In this document: positions 17,175 through 24,587 of the stretch, one piece after another
Numbering within the stretch: the first letter of the stretch is position 1
Layout: each line of letters begins with the position of its first letter
The notes under the pieces: generated by a model
What the model was told of the DNA's origin: nothing
The model's database searches: none
The model's input: only the letters and a program-made list of their open reading frames with translations
Source of the DNA: a virus
Lineage: Duplodnaviria > Caudoviricetes
Direction: 5' to 3' (one strand)
DNA: 39,738 nt
IMG/VR virus record: IMGVR_UViG_3300012952_000006
Location: 1 to 39,738 of that record
Position numbers and translations under genes: made by a program

Positions 17175-17201
17175 TGACATTTTGCCATTGACACTGTGTC
17201 A
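17175..17201. promoter_or_regulatory. Tandem putative operators overlapping a rightward -35 box
   Basis: TGACA-TTT-TGCCA (17175-17187) and TGACA-CTG-TGTCA (17189-17201); TTGACA at 17188-17193; no clear -10. Confidence 0.6.
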
Positions 17202-17241
17202 CGAACCATGAGATACCCCGGTTCATGCCAAGGAGGCTGTT

Positions 17242-17454
17242 ATGGCGAAGAAGTCGGAGACCTTTGGATCACGGTTGGCCTCAATCCGCGAGTCGCGCGG
17301 GTTGTCGCAGGCGGAGCTCGCACGCAGAGCGGACCTACACCCCTCGTTCATCTCCCAACTGGAGGCGAACAAGCGTAAGGGCAACTCTCACGAGACTCTC
17401 AGGAAGCTCACCGTCGCTCTGAAGGTGGACCTGGCGACTCTGTTGGGAGCGTAG
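17242..17454 (+). CDS. XRE/Cro-like helix-turn-helix regulator
   Basis: FGSRL..IRESRGLSQAELARRADLHPSFISQLEANKR; AAGGAGG RBS. Confidence 0.93.
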   Translation: MAKKSETFGSRLASIRESRGLSQAELARRADLHPSFISQLEANKRKGNSHETLRKLTVALKVDLATLLGA

Positions 17455-17488
17455 CCTGATGCTCTGCACCCAGGGAGTTCCATGGAGA

Positions 17489-17543
17489 AGCCCCCCTCCT
17501 CTCCCCCACCCCCCCTTAGGGGGGGGGAGGGGGGAGGGGGGCT
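17489..17543. repeat. Poly-C/poly-G imperfect inverted repeat; candidate origin element
   Basis: AGCCCCCCTCC...CCCCCC-TTA-GGGGGGGGG...GGAGGGGGGCT between the XRE and helicase genes. Confidence 0.65.
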
Positions 17544-17588
17544 CCCCAGATACCCGGCACACAGACCGCGCGCGCGAGGGGGGGATGA

Positions 17589-18929
17589 ATGACGCACTCA
17601 TTGCCGCACTCACTTGAGGCTGAGAAGGAGGTTCTGGGGACGATCCTCGTTGAGCCTCGCATGGCGAGTCAGTTCATGGCTCATGCGATCACACCGGACA
17701 GCTTCTACCACGTAGCCCACAAGGACATAGCCACAGCTATCTGCGACATGGCGAGCTCAGGACATCCGATAGACGAGGTGAGCCTGAAGGAGCACATGGA
17801 CCGCCGGGGCAAGTGGTCGAAGCAGGTGTGGCTGATGGTTGCCTCGTTGATGGACAAGGCTTCTGTGTCCACGTCGCTGCCGTATTACATGGACTTGGTC
17901 TTGGAGTACGCGACGAAGCGGAAGCTAGCGAACTACGGGATGGACATCTCCAGGGCAGCTCACAACGGAGAGCACGCTACGGAGACGCTGGTCACTGCGC
18001 GCACGGGGTTGCGCGACATTGAGGCTGAGTCGGGTCCTGTAGAGGGCGTTGAGATGAGGGCTGGTCTGAAGGACGCCTTGGACTACACGGCTGACGTGAT
18101 GGAGGGGAGGATCGAGAACGTGTTTGTGCCCACAGGGCTGCGGCCTTTGGACGAGTTTCTGGGTGGTGGCCTGAAGGCGGGGCACATGGTGGTGATCAAC
18201 ACAGCCAGTGGACACGGCAAGACCGCCTTCGCGGTGGGCAACCTGGCGCTCTCGGCGGCGAAGGCTGGTGTGCGCACTGCGGTGTTCAGCCTCGAGATGA
18301 CTCCGAGGCGCGTGTTCCACCGGATGTTGGCTGCTGACTCTGGTGTTCCGGTGATGGCGCAGACGAGGGAGGGGCTTGATCCCTTGGACTACTCGAAGAT
18401 GACCTACTCTGCCGACCGTCTATGCACGCTCCCGCTGGAGGTGTACGGAACGAAGTACAACACCGCAGAGGGCATTCGGGGTATCTGCGAGCAGCTCAAC
18501 GACCGGTACGGCTCGATTGGGCTGGTCATCGTTGACTACCTTCAGCTACTGAGGAGCCCCAACCCTGAGTTGGGCTCCAGTGACCACGGGGCTATCAGCG
18601 AGAACATGACGGCCTTTAGAGAGCTGTCGAACGAGCTGGAGTGCGTGTGCGCGCTTCTGAGCCAGCCCACCGTCAGCCAGCGGCGCTCTGCTAGCCCGCC
18701 GACTGACGCGGACACCAAGGGGGGTGGGTCGATTAGTGAGGCCGCCGACTTGATCCTCACACCCTGGATGCCAGCCAAGGTCGATGAGGAGCTCCACGAC
18801 TCCATATCGCCAGGAGAGATGCTGCCCGCCGAGATGTACATCCGAAAGAACCGAGACGGAAGGACCGGCTCGATCCCCAAAGAGCGTATCGGCTTTGACC
18901 GAGCGCGCATGATTTTCAAGGAGGTGTAG
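17589..18929 (+). CDS. dnaB: DnaB-like replicative helicase
   Basis: N-terminal LPHSLEAEKEVLG; Walker A ASGHGKT; FSLEM; VIVDYLQL; LLSQ; KNRDGRTG. Confidence 0.92.
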   Translation: MTHSLPHSLEAEKEVLGTILVEPRMASQFMAHAITPDSFYHVAHKDIATAICDMASSGHPIDEVSLKEHMDRRGKWSKQVWLMVASLMDKASVSTSLPYYMDLVLEYATKRKLANYGMDISRAAHNGEHATETLVTARTGLRDIEAESGPVEGVEMRAGLKDALDYTADVMEGRIENVFVPTGLRPLDEFLGGGLKAGHMVVINTASGHGKTAFAVGNLALSAAKAGVRTAVFSLEMTPRRVFHRMLAADSGVPVMAQTREGLDPLDYSKMTYSADRLCTLPLEVYGTKYNTAEGIRGICEQLNDRYGSIGLVIVDYLQLLRSPNPELGSSDHGAISENMTAFRELSNELECVCALLSQPTVSQRRSASPPTDADTKGGGSISEAADLILTPWMPAKVDEELHDSISPGEMLPAEMYIRKNRDGRTGSIPKERIGFDRARMIFKEV

Positions 18930-19742
18930 ATGTGGATCCACATACCCAAAGAGTGCTTTCCCTATGCACCGGCTACGGAGGACTTGAGCTTGCCCTCAGA
19001 ATGGCAGGAGTTGCCACCAGACCTGTCGCTTACGTCGAAAGGGAAGCCTATCCTGCTGCGAACCTTGCGGCTCTTATGGAACAAGGGCTCCTACCTGCGG
19101 CTCCTGTGTGGGATGACGTGGCCACGTTCGAGGGCCGCAGTTGGCGTGGCTTGGTGGAAGTCGTCACTGCGGGCTTTCCCTGCCAACCCTTCTCCACCGC
19201 AGGAAAGCACCAGCACCTCGAAGACGAGCGATGGCTCTGGCCCGACATTGAGCGGATTCTACGCGACGTGGAGCCCAGAGCAGTCTTTCTGGAGAACGTC
19301 CCAGGGCTCACTCTTCGAGGACTGGGACCAGTGCTTGGAACGCTTTCCGAACTGGGGCTCGATGCGGAGTGGGCGGTTATACGTGCGAGCGACCCAGGTG
19401 TCGGCGCACCACACGTCAGAGCCAGAGTGTTCATCCTCGCAGCTCAACCAGAGTACAGACACTCGGCTCTGGCCAACGCCATCAGCGAGAGACCACAGAT
19501 CGACATGCGCGTCCGAGAAGACGCACGAGAGGAACGCCAGGCCACTGTCGGAGGTGGTTGGCCTCCACTGCCAGAAGACTATGACGCCTGGAGAGACTGG
19601 GTTGATGCCGGTGGTCCTCAACCCGGAGTTTGTAGAGACTCTGCAGGGCTTGCCAACAGGGTGGAGCGCTGCCGCATGCTCGGAAACGGAGTCGTCCCGC
19701 AGCAAGCCGCCTACGCTTTTAGACTCCTCTGGGAGAGGTTAG
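18930..19742 (+). CDS. Overprinted alternative-frame ORF; putative second subunit of the C5-MTase (motif IX and TRD-like region)
   Basis: 270-aa stop-free overlap; ATG behind AGGAGG; WPTPSARD and LNPEFVETLQGLPTGW resemble the TRD and motif IX. Confidence 0.7.
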   Translation: MWIHIPKECFPYAPATEDLSLPSEWQELPPDLSLTSKGKPILLRTLRLLWNKGSYLRLLCGMTWPRSRAAVGVAWWKSSLRAFPANPSPPQESTSTSKTSDGSGPTLSGFYATWSPEQSFWRTSQGSLFEDWDQCLERFPNWGSMRSGRLYVRATQVSAHHTSEPECSSSQLNQSTDTRLWPTPSARDHRSTCASEKTHERNARPLSEVVGLHCQKTMTPGETGLMPVVLNPEFVETLQGLPTGWSAAACSETESSRSKPPTLLDSSGRG

Positions 19743-19750
19743 GTCAATGA
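18932..19750 (+). CDS. C5 cytosine DNA methyltransferase, catalytic chain (motifs I-VIII and X)
   Basis: LSLCTGYGG (I), AGFPCQPFS (IV), LENV (VI), PHVRARVFI (VIII), RCRMLGNGVVP (X); GTG start. Confidence 0.9.
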   Translation: MDPHTQRVLSLCTGYGGLELALRMAGVATRPVAYVEREAYPAANLAALMEQGLLPAAPVWDDVATFEGRSWRGLVEVVTAGFPCQPFSTAGKHQHLEDERWLWPDIERILRDVEPRAVFLENVPGLTLRGLGPVLGTLSELGLDAEWAVIRASDPGVGAPHVRARVFILAAQPEYRHSALANAISERPQIDMRVREDAREERQATVGGGWPPLPEDYDAWRDWVDAGGPQPGVCRDSAGLANRVERCRMLGNGVVPQQAAYAFRLLWERLGQ

Positions 19751-20406
19751 AGAAGCCATCGTATCGGTTGATCCAATGCCAGCTCGTAGACGTGGAAGAC
19801 CTCATCAAAGAGTTCCACGCCTACGGAAGCACAGCCAACACATGCACGTATGCCTTCGCCGTGCTGGAGAGACAGCGACCAGTCGCCGCCTACCTGTGGA
19901 TGCCGCCAGCGCCTGGCGCAGCCAAGTCTGTGTGCCGAGAGGCTCCGTTCGGGGTGCTCGCTCTGTCTAGGATGGTGGCGGTGCCGCGCAGCGAGCGAGA
20001 GCTGAACCACGTCTCAAAGCCCCTCAGGCGACAGATGAAGAGCCTGATTGATCGAACCAGATGGCCTGTTCTGGTCACGTACTCGGACGAGTCCCTGAAC
20101 CACACGGGTCATGTTTACAAGTGCTCGGGGTGGCAAAAGAGCGTGAGGCGCGAGACCCCTGTCTTCAAAGACGCGGAAGGCAACAGGGTGTCTAGCTACA
20201 GCGCAGGCTCCCACACCTATGACGCCAAGCAGCGTGATGGGTCTGCTTGGATCCAACGGTGGGAGCACTGGGCCTGCGAGCGCGGGCGCGCTTTAGATCA
20301 CATGTCCACTGCTGGCTGGGAGAGAAGGCCCACCGGCAAGCTGTGGACCAACGGGAAGCCAGAGCACGTATGGGTCAACGATCCACAGATGGAGCTGTTC
20401 GGATGA
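19747..20406 (+). CDS. Mom-like (GNAT-fold) DNA modification protein
   Basis: EFH.Y, LALSRMVA, LVTYSD...HTGHVYKCSGW match the Mom-family L.R / (S/A)D..H.G..Y.A..W pattern. Confidence 0.7.
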   Translation: MKKPSYRLIQCQLVDVEDLIKEFHAYGSTANTCTYAFAVLERQRPVAAYLWMPPAPGAAKSVCREAPFGVLALSRMVAVPRSERELNHVSKPLRRQMKSLIDRTRWPVLVTYSDESLNHTGHVYKCSGWQKSVRRETPVFKDAEGNRVSSYSAGSHTYDAKQRDGSAWIQRWEHWACERGRALDHMSTAGWERRPTGKLWTNGKPEHVWVNDPQMELFG

Positions 20407-20840
20407 AGCACTACATGGGAATCGACCCTGGATACTCCGGGGCCATCGCCGTCATCAACGAAGAGGGGAAGCTCGTTGGCCTCCAGCGGCTCAAGGACAC
20501 CGAGCACGACATCGCGAACTTTATGATGGGCAGACAGCTCACTGTTGAGCTCGCAATACTGGAAAAGGTGTCGTCCATGCCTCGCCAAGGCGTGGCCTCC
20601 ACCTTCAAGTTCGGGACCTCTTATGGGTTTTGTCGCGGCCTGCTTGTCTGTAACCGGATTCGCTTTGAGGCATCTACGCCGGGGACGTGGCAGCGGGCAA
20701 TGGGGTGTTTGTCGAAGGGCGACAAGAACGTGACCAAGGCCGCAGCTCAGAGGCTGTTTCCGGGCGAAAGCGTGGTTCACGCGACCGCTGATGCTATGCT
20801 GCTCGCAGAATACGCGAGAAGGCTGGCAAAGCAGAGGTGA
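20403..20840 (+). CDS. RuvC-like Holliday junction resolvase
   Basis: MGIDPG.SGAIA, ILEKV..MP.QGVASTFKFG..YG, P..W, ADAMLLA; ATGA overlap. Confidence 0.88.
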   Translation: MKHYMGIDPGYSGAIAVINEEGKLVGLQRLKDTEHDIANFMMGRQLTVELAILEKVSSMPRQGVASTFKFGTSYGFCRGLLVCNRIRFEASTPGTWQRAMGCLSKGDKNVTKAAAQRLFPGESVVHATADAMLLAEYARRLAKQR

Positions 20841-20843
20841 GCC

Positions 20844-21260
20844 ATGATAGGAGACGCGGGCTGGGAGACGATGGCGATGGTGATCACCGTTGCTGCGTTG
20901 GCTGCTGGCTCGATCACAGAGATCGTCAAGAAGGCGGTCCAACAGGGCGTCATAGAGCGCACAGGAGCAAAACCATGGTGGCGTGGGACCATCTTACGGA
21001 TCTCATCAGTCGCATCAGGAGCACTATTCGGGTGGCTTATGCTGCCTGGAGAGGGGATGCTCGGGTTAATCCTCGGGATTGGTAGCGGCTCGGTCACCTC
21101 TGAGGCCATTGGTTTCGCCAAGCGAATGCTGCGAAAGCGCAACGGGCACAAGCCGAAAGAGAGATCTGGCAACCGACTGACCAAGAAGACGGACTTTGTC
21201 ACCAACGACGTGACAGAGTTCGAGAGACCGGCGATCACAGAGGAGGATCTCAAGCGATGA
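20844..21260 (+). CDS. Holin-like membrane protein (paralog B)
   Basis: About 3 TM segments and a long charged C-tail; directly upstream of the transglycosylase. Confidence 0.65.
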   Translation: MIGDAGWETMAMVITVAALAAGSITEIVKKAVQQGVIERTGAKPWWRGTILRISSVASGALFGWLMLPGEGMLGLILGIGSGSVTSEAIGFAKRMLRKRNGHKPKERSGNRLTKKTDFVTNDVTEFERPAITEEDLKR

Positions 21261-21796
21261 GCCACTATTCTGTCTACCTGCTGTGTACTGTCGCGCTGAG
21301 CTGGCTCCCCGAGTACCAGCGAACTGATGAGCGCCAAGAGACTTGCATGGAGCTTGGGACTCAGGCCCTGGTTGAGGGCGTTCCCCTCGACCTGGCGGTC
21401 GCTTTGGCGTTCACTGAGTCGAGGTTTTCGAGGACCGCTCGGTCGTCAGTGGGGGCCTCTGGCCCGTTTCAGGTGGTTCCGCGCTACCACTGCCCCAACG
21501 GGCAGCTTGAGGGATGCGACTTAATTACCGCAGGGTTGCACGCGATCAAGCGATACCGTAAAAGGTATAAGAGGTGGAGGGACGCCCTTTGCCATTGGAA
21601 TAGCGGAAACCGTTGTTACCGTAAGAGTCGGTTGTTCGCACGCATTGTGCTGCGAAGGAAGCGATTGCTCACTCGATCACTGGGAGATCAGCATGCCCAC
21701 CAAGAAGGCTACTGCCAAGAAGGCTCCAGCGAAGAAGGCTCCAGAGGCGAAGGCCCCGGAGAAGAAGGTGTCGGGGCGACCGCCAAAGCTCGGTGA
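21257..21796 (+). CDS. SLT-family lytic transglycosylase
   Basis: TESRF...ARSSVGASGPFQV...ALCHWNSG (ES / GxxQ / AxxYNxG-like motifs); weakly hydrophobic N-terminus. Confidence 0.85.
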   Translation: MSHYSVYLLCTVALSWLPEYQRTDERQETCMELGTQALVEGVPLDLAVALAFTESRFSRTARSSVGASGPFQVVPRYHCPNGQLEGCDLITAGLHAIKRYRKRYKRWRDALCHWNSGNRCYRKSRLFARIVLRRKRLLTRSLGDQHAHQEGYCQEGSSEEGSRGEGPGEEGVGATAKAR

Positions 21797-21968
21797 GGTC
21801 ACCGAGATGGATCTGGGAGCTCCTCTGGCCGCGTCTGTTCGTAAGGCCGCAGATGCCTACGGAGTGGACACCGGGGTGATCGTTCGGGCCATGGTCAAGA
21901 AGTCCGCGAGCGAGCTGGCGCGACTCGGCCCTATCGGCACCCGGATGGCTCTTAGGAAGTTCATGTAA
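21693..21968 (+). CDS. Basic DNA-binding protein (H1-like KKA repeats, GRP hook, RHH-like C-terminus)
   Basis: MPTKKATAKKAPAKKAP...GRPPK...VRKAADAYGVDTGVIVRAMV; GGGAG RBS. Confidence 0.6.
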   Translation: MPTKKATAKKAPAKKAPEAKAPEKKVSGRPPKLGEVTEMDLGAPLAASVRKAADAYGVDTGVIVRAMVKKSASELARLGPIGTRMALRKFM

Positions 21969-22465
21969 TGCCCAAGATCGTATGGGAAGAAGTAGATCTC
22001 GAGGATGGCGACAAGGGCCTCATCGTCACTGATGACGCCAACGCCGGCCACACCGTGGCTGAAGGATGTATCGGTGAGATCATCAACGAAGCCTTTGGGG
22101 CCATTGAGGTTCTTGTTGAGGCTGTCCAGGCAAAAAAGCCCGAGCCCGAACTCAGGAAACTCGCAGAAGCCTCGTACCACCTCCTCCGCAGCGAGCTTGA
22201 AACGCGCCTCGACATCCTCGACGGATTCCCACGGCGCGATCTGCGCCCCAAGCACCGCGACTGCAGGGTCATCCTGACGCGCGCCTCCAAGGTCTTCGCC
22301 AGAAACAGCCCACTGCTAGAAGACCGGGAGTTTGACGTTAATCAGTACGCCAATGACGCGGTGAACTTCATCAAGGCGCTGCACCTGTGCCTCAAGGAGG
22401 ACACAACCAAGGCGTTCCGCGAGTCGGTGCGCAGGGGGTATCTCAATGTCGCGACTCACCTTTAG
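21968..22465 (+). CDS. Hypothetical protein
   Basis: TAATG coupling; packed operon. Confidence 0.65.
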   Translation: MPKIVWEEVDLEDGDKGLIVTDDANAGHTVAEGCIGEIINEAFGAIEVLVEAVQAKKPEPELRKLAEASYHLLRSELETRLDILDGFPRRDLRPKHRDCRVILTRASKVFARNSPLLEDREFDVNQYANDAVNFIKALHLCLKEDTTKAFRESVRRGYLNVATHL

Positions 22466-22937
22466 CGACAAGCTAGCCGACAAGATCGTCGAGGCCTTGA
22501 AGAAAGGCCACACCAAGACCAACATCGCGAAGATGCTTGGGCTTCATGGTGACACGATCCGCAAGTGGCAGTCGAAAGATCGCTCTGGTGACGAGCGCTA
22601 CGCTGGGTTCGACCTGAGGGTGAAGGCTGCAGAGGAGGCTGCCCAGGGGCACCTGATCGACTGCATCACAGCTCACGGCGAGGACGACTGGCGAGCTGCT
22701 GCTTGGATCTTGGAGCGCAGGTGGGATGACTTCAAGCTTCGCGCCAAGACCTCGAAGGAAGCCCAGAAAGAACTGGACGACCTGGCGATTGTGAAAGCCA
22801 AGGCAGAGGTGGTGTACACCGAGGCCAAGACCAAGGCTCTCAACCGGGGCTCATTGAGCCCGGAGCAGATCCTTGAGCTTCTCAACCGCGCCCGTGAGCA
22901 GGGTCAGAAAGAGGGCGCTGAAGACGCGGTCCACTGA
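22446..22937 (+). CDS. terS: Terminase small subunit (HTH)
   Basis: N-terminal HTH (IAKMLGLHGDTIRKW), WRAAAWILERR motif; immediately upstream of TerL. Confidence 0.75.
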   Translation: MSRLTFSDKLADKIVEALKKGHTKTNIAKMLGLHGDTIRKWQSKDRSGDERYAGFDLRVKAAEEAAQGHLIDCITAHGEDDWRAAAWILERRWDDFKLRAKTSKEAQKELDDLAIVKAKAEVVYTEAKTKALNRGSLSPEQILELLNRAREQGQKEGAEDAVH

Positions 22938-24574
22938 TGGCAAACGCCACAGACCACAACAAGGTCAACGAAGAGCTGTCAGCGGAAGTGGCGCGGTGCG
23001 CGCGCGACTTCCACTATTTCTGCAAGACCTATCTGCGGATCGTGGACAAGAAAGGCCGGCTAATTCCGCTGGAGCTCAACACGGCGCAGGTTCGGTTTCT
23101 TGAGGAGCTGGAGCGCAATCCCTGGATTTACGTTCTTAAGGCGCGACAGCTTGGGATCACAACAGGCCTCGCTGCTTACAACTTCTGGAAAGCGCACTCG
23201 ACGCCTAACCATCGCGTGGCCGTCCTGGCTCACAGGACCGAGTCAGCAGAAGAGATCTTCGAGATCTACTCCCGCTTCTACAAGAACCTCCCAGACTTCC
23301 TGACATGGCCCACTGACAGGGCCAATGTCAGGGAGCTGAAGTTCTTCCATGGCGGCATGGTCAAAGTGGCGACAGCCAACTCGGAGATCCGAGGAACCAC
23401 CTATCACACCATTCACTGCTCAGAGTTCGCCTTCTGGACCGACATCGAGAAGACCGTTAAAGGTGCGTTTCAGACAGCAGGACCCAACGCTGACATTGTG
23501 CTGGAGACCACGGCCAACGGCCTGAACCAGGCGCACGCCCTCTGGCACGGAGACGAGCACGGGTTCCACAAGGTGTTCTTCCCGTGGACCGAGGACGAGA
23601 AGTACAGATCGAAAGAGAAGCCATCCAAGGTCTACCCTAAGCTCAGGGAGCTCGCCAAAGAGCACGAGCTTGATAAGCAGCAGATCAACTGGGCGCAGAG
23701 CACCTTTGCCAGGAAGTGCCTGGGGAACTGGCACACGTTCCTCCAAGAGTACCCGCTCACGGCAGAGCAGGCCTTTATCACGTCTGGTGAGCGCTTCTTT
23801 GACTGCGTGTTCCCCCATGCCCAGGGAGGAGAAGGCCACAGGCTCTACCGAGATCACGAGAAGTACAGGGTCTATTCGCTAGGTGTAGACGTATCCTCAG
23901 GCACGCCGTCCGGTGACTACTCAGCCTTCTGCGTGCTCGACGTGACCGATAAGCAAAACCCAATGACCGTAAGCAGCTACTACGGCAGGCTCCCCCCGCA
24001 CGCCTTTAGCGAGCTGGTGCTTCAAGAGGCTAAGAAGTACAACGCCTTGGTGGTAGTGGAGTCCAACTCCTACGGGCTCGCGGTTCTTGAGTATCTTGTT
24101 GGCAAAGAGTACGGCTTCATCTTTAGGCGCAACGTGTACGACAAGATCGGCGCGCGCTGGGTCGAGAAGATGGGGTTCCACACAACCACATCTACTCGGC
24201 CCGTGATGCTGTCCAGGCTGCTCGAGTACGTGACAAAGAAGTGGCTCGTGCTTGAAGACGAACGGATGAAGACCGAGGTCAACAGCTTCGTCTATGATGA
24301 CAAAGGCAAGCCCGTTGCTGCCAACGGAAAGCACGACGACATGATCTTCGCCCATGGCCTGGCGTTGATGGGGCTCGATCAGATCGAGTACGTCAAAGAA
24401 GAGGTACAGGGAGATCGCCCCAACAACCTCAGAGACATGCTCAAGTGGGAGCATGCCACGGGAAAGGTGTGGAAAAATGAGACCGGAGATTCTCATTTTG
24501 AGATGTATGGTGTAGCTTCTTCACAATCCTCGCCGCTTGACTCGGCGTTGAACAACTCGCCCAAGCGGCGTTAA
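22937..24574 (+). CDS. terL: Terminase large subunit
   Basis: LN.AQ, LKARQLGITT (Walker A), IHCSEFAFW (Walker B), ETTANG, GVDVSSG, HDDMIFA nuclease motifs. Confidence 0.95.
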   Translation: MANATDHNKVNEELSAEVARCARDFHYFCKTYLRIVDKKGRLIPLELNTAQVRFLEELERNPWIYVLKARQLGITTGLAAYNFWKAHSTPNHRVAVLAHRTESAEEIFEIYSRFYKNLPDFLTWPTDRANVRELKFFHGGMVKVATANSEIRGTTYHTIHCSEFAFWTDIEKTVKGAFQTAGPNADIVLETTANGLNQAHALWHGDEHGFHKVFFPWTEDEKYRSKEKPSKVYPKLRELAKEHELDKQQINWAQSTFARKCLGNWHTFLQEYPLTAEQAFITSGERFFDCVFPHAQGGEGHRLYRDHEKYRVYSLGVDVSSGTPSGDYSAFCVLDVTDKQNPMTVSSYYGRLPPHAFSELVLQEAKKYNALVVVESNSYGLAVLEYLVGKEYGFIFRRNVYDKIGARWVEKMGFHTTTSTRPVMLSRLLEYVTKKWLVLEDERMKTEVNSFVYDDKGKPVAANGKHDDMIFAHGLALMGLDQIEYVKEEVQGDRPNNLRDMLKWEHATGKVWKNETGDSHFEMYGVASSQSSPLDSALNNSPKRR

Positions 24575-24587
24575 ACGGAGTGTAATC

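Noticed and set aside
16780-17240. Short ORFs in the divergent intergenic region
   Set aside because: Pro/Arg/Ala-rich GC-driven frames on both strands without protein-like composition; better explained as regulatory DNA.
23400-23440. TerL Walker B reads HCSE rather than hhhhDE
   Set aside because: The H.SE.AFW variant is common in this terminase group to my knowledge, so it is not evidence of inactivation.
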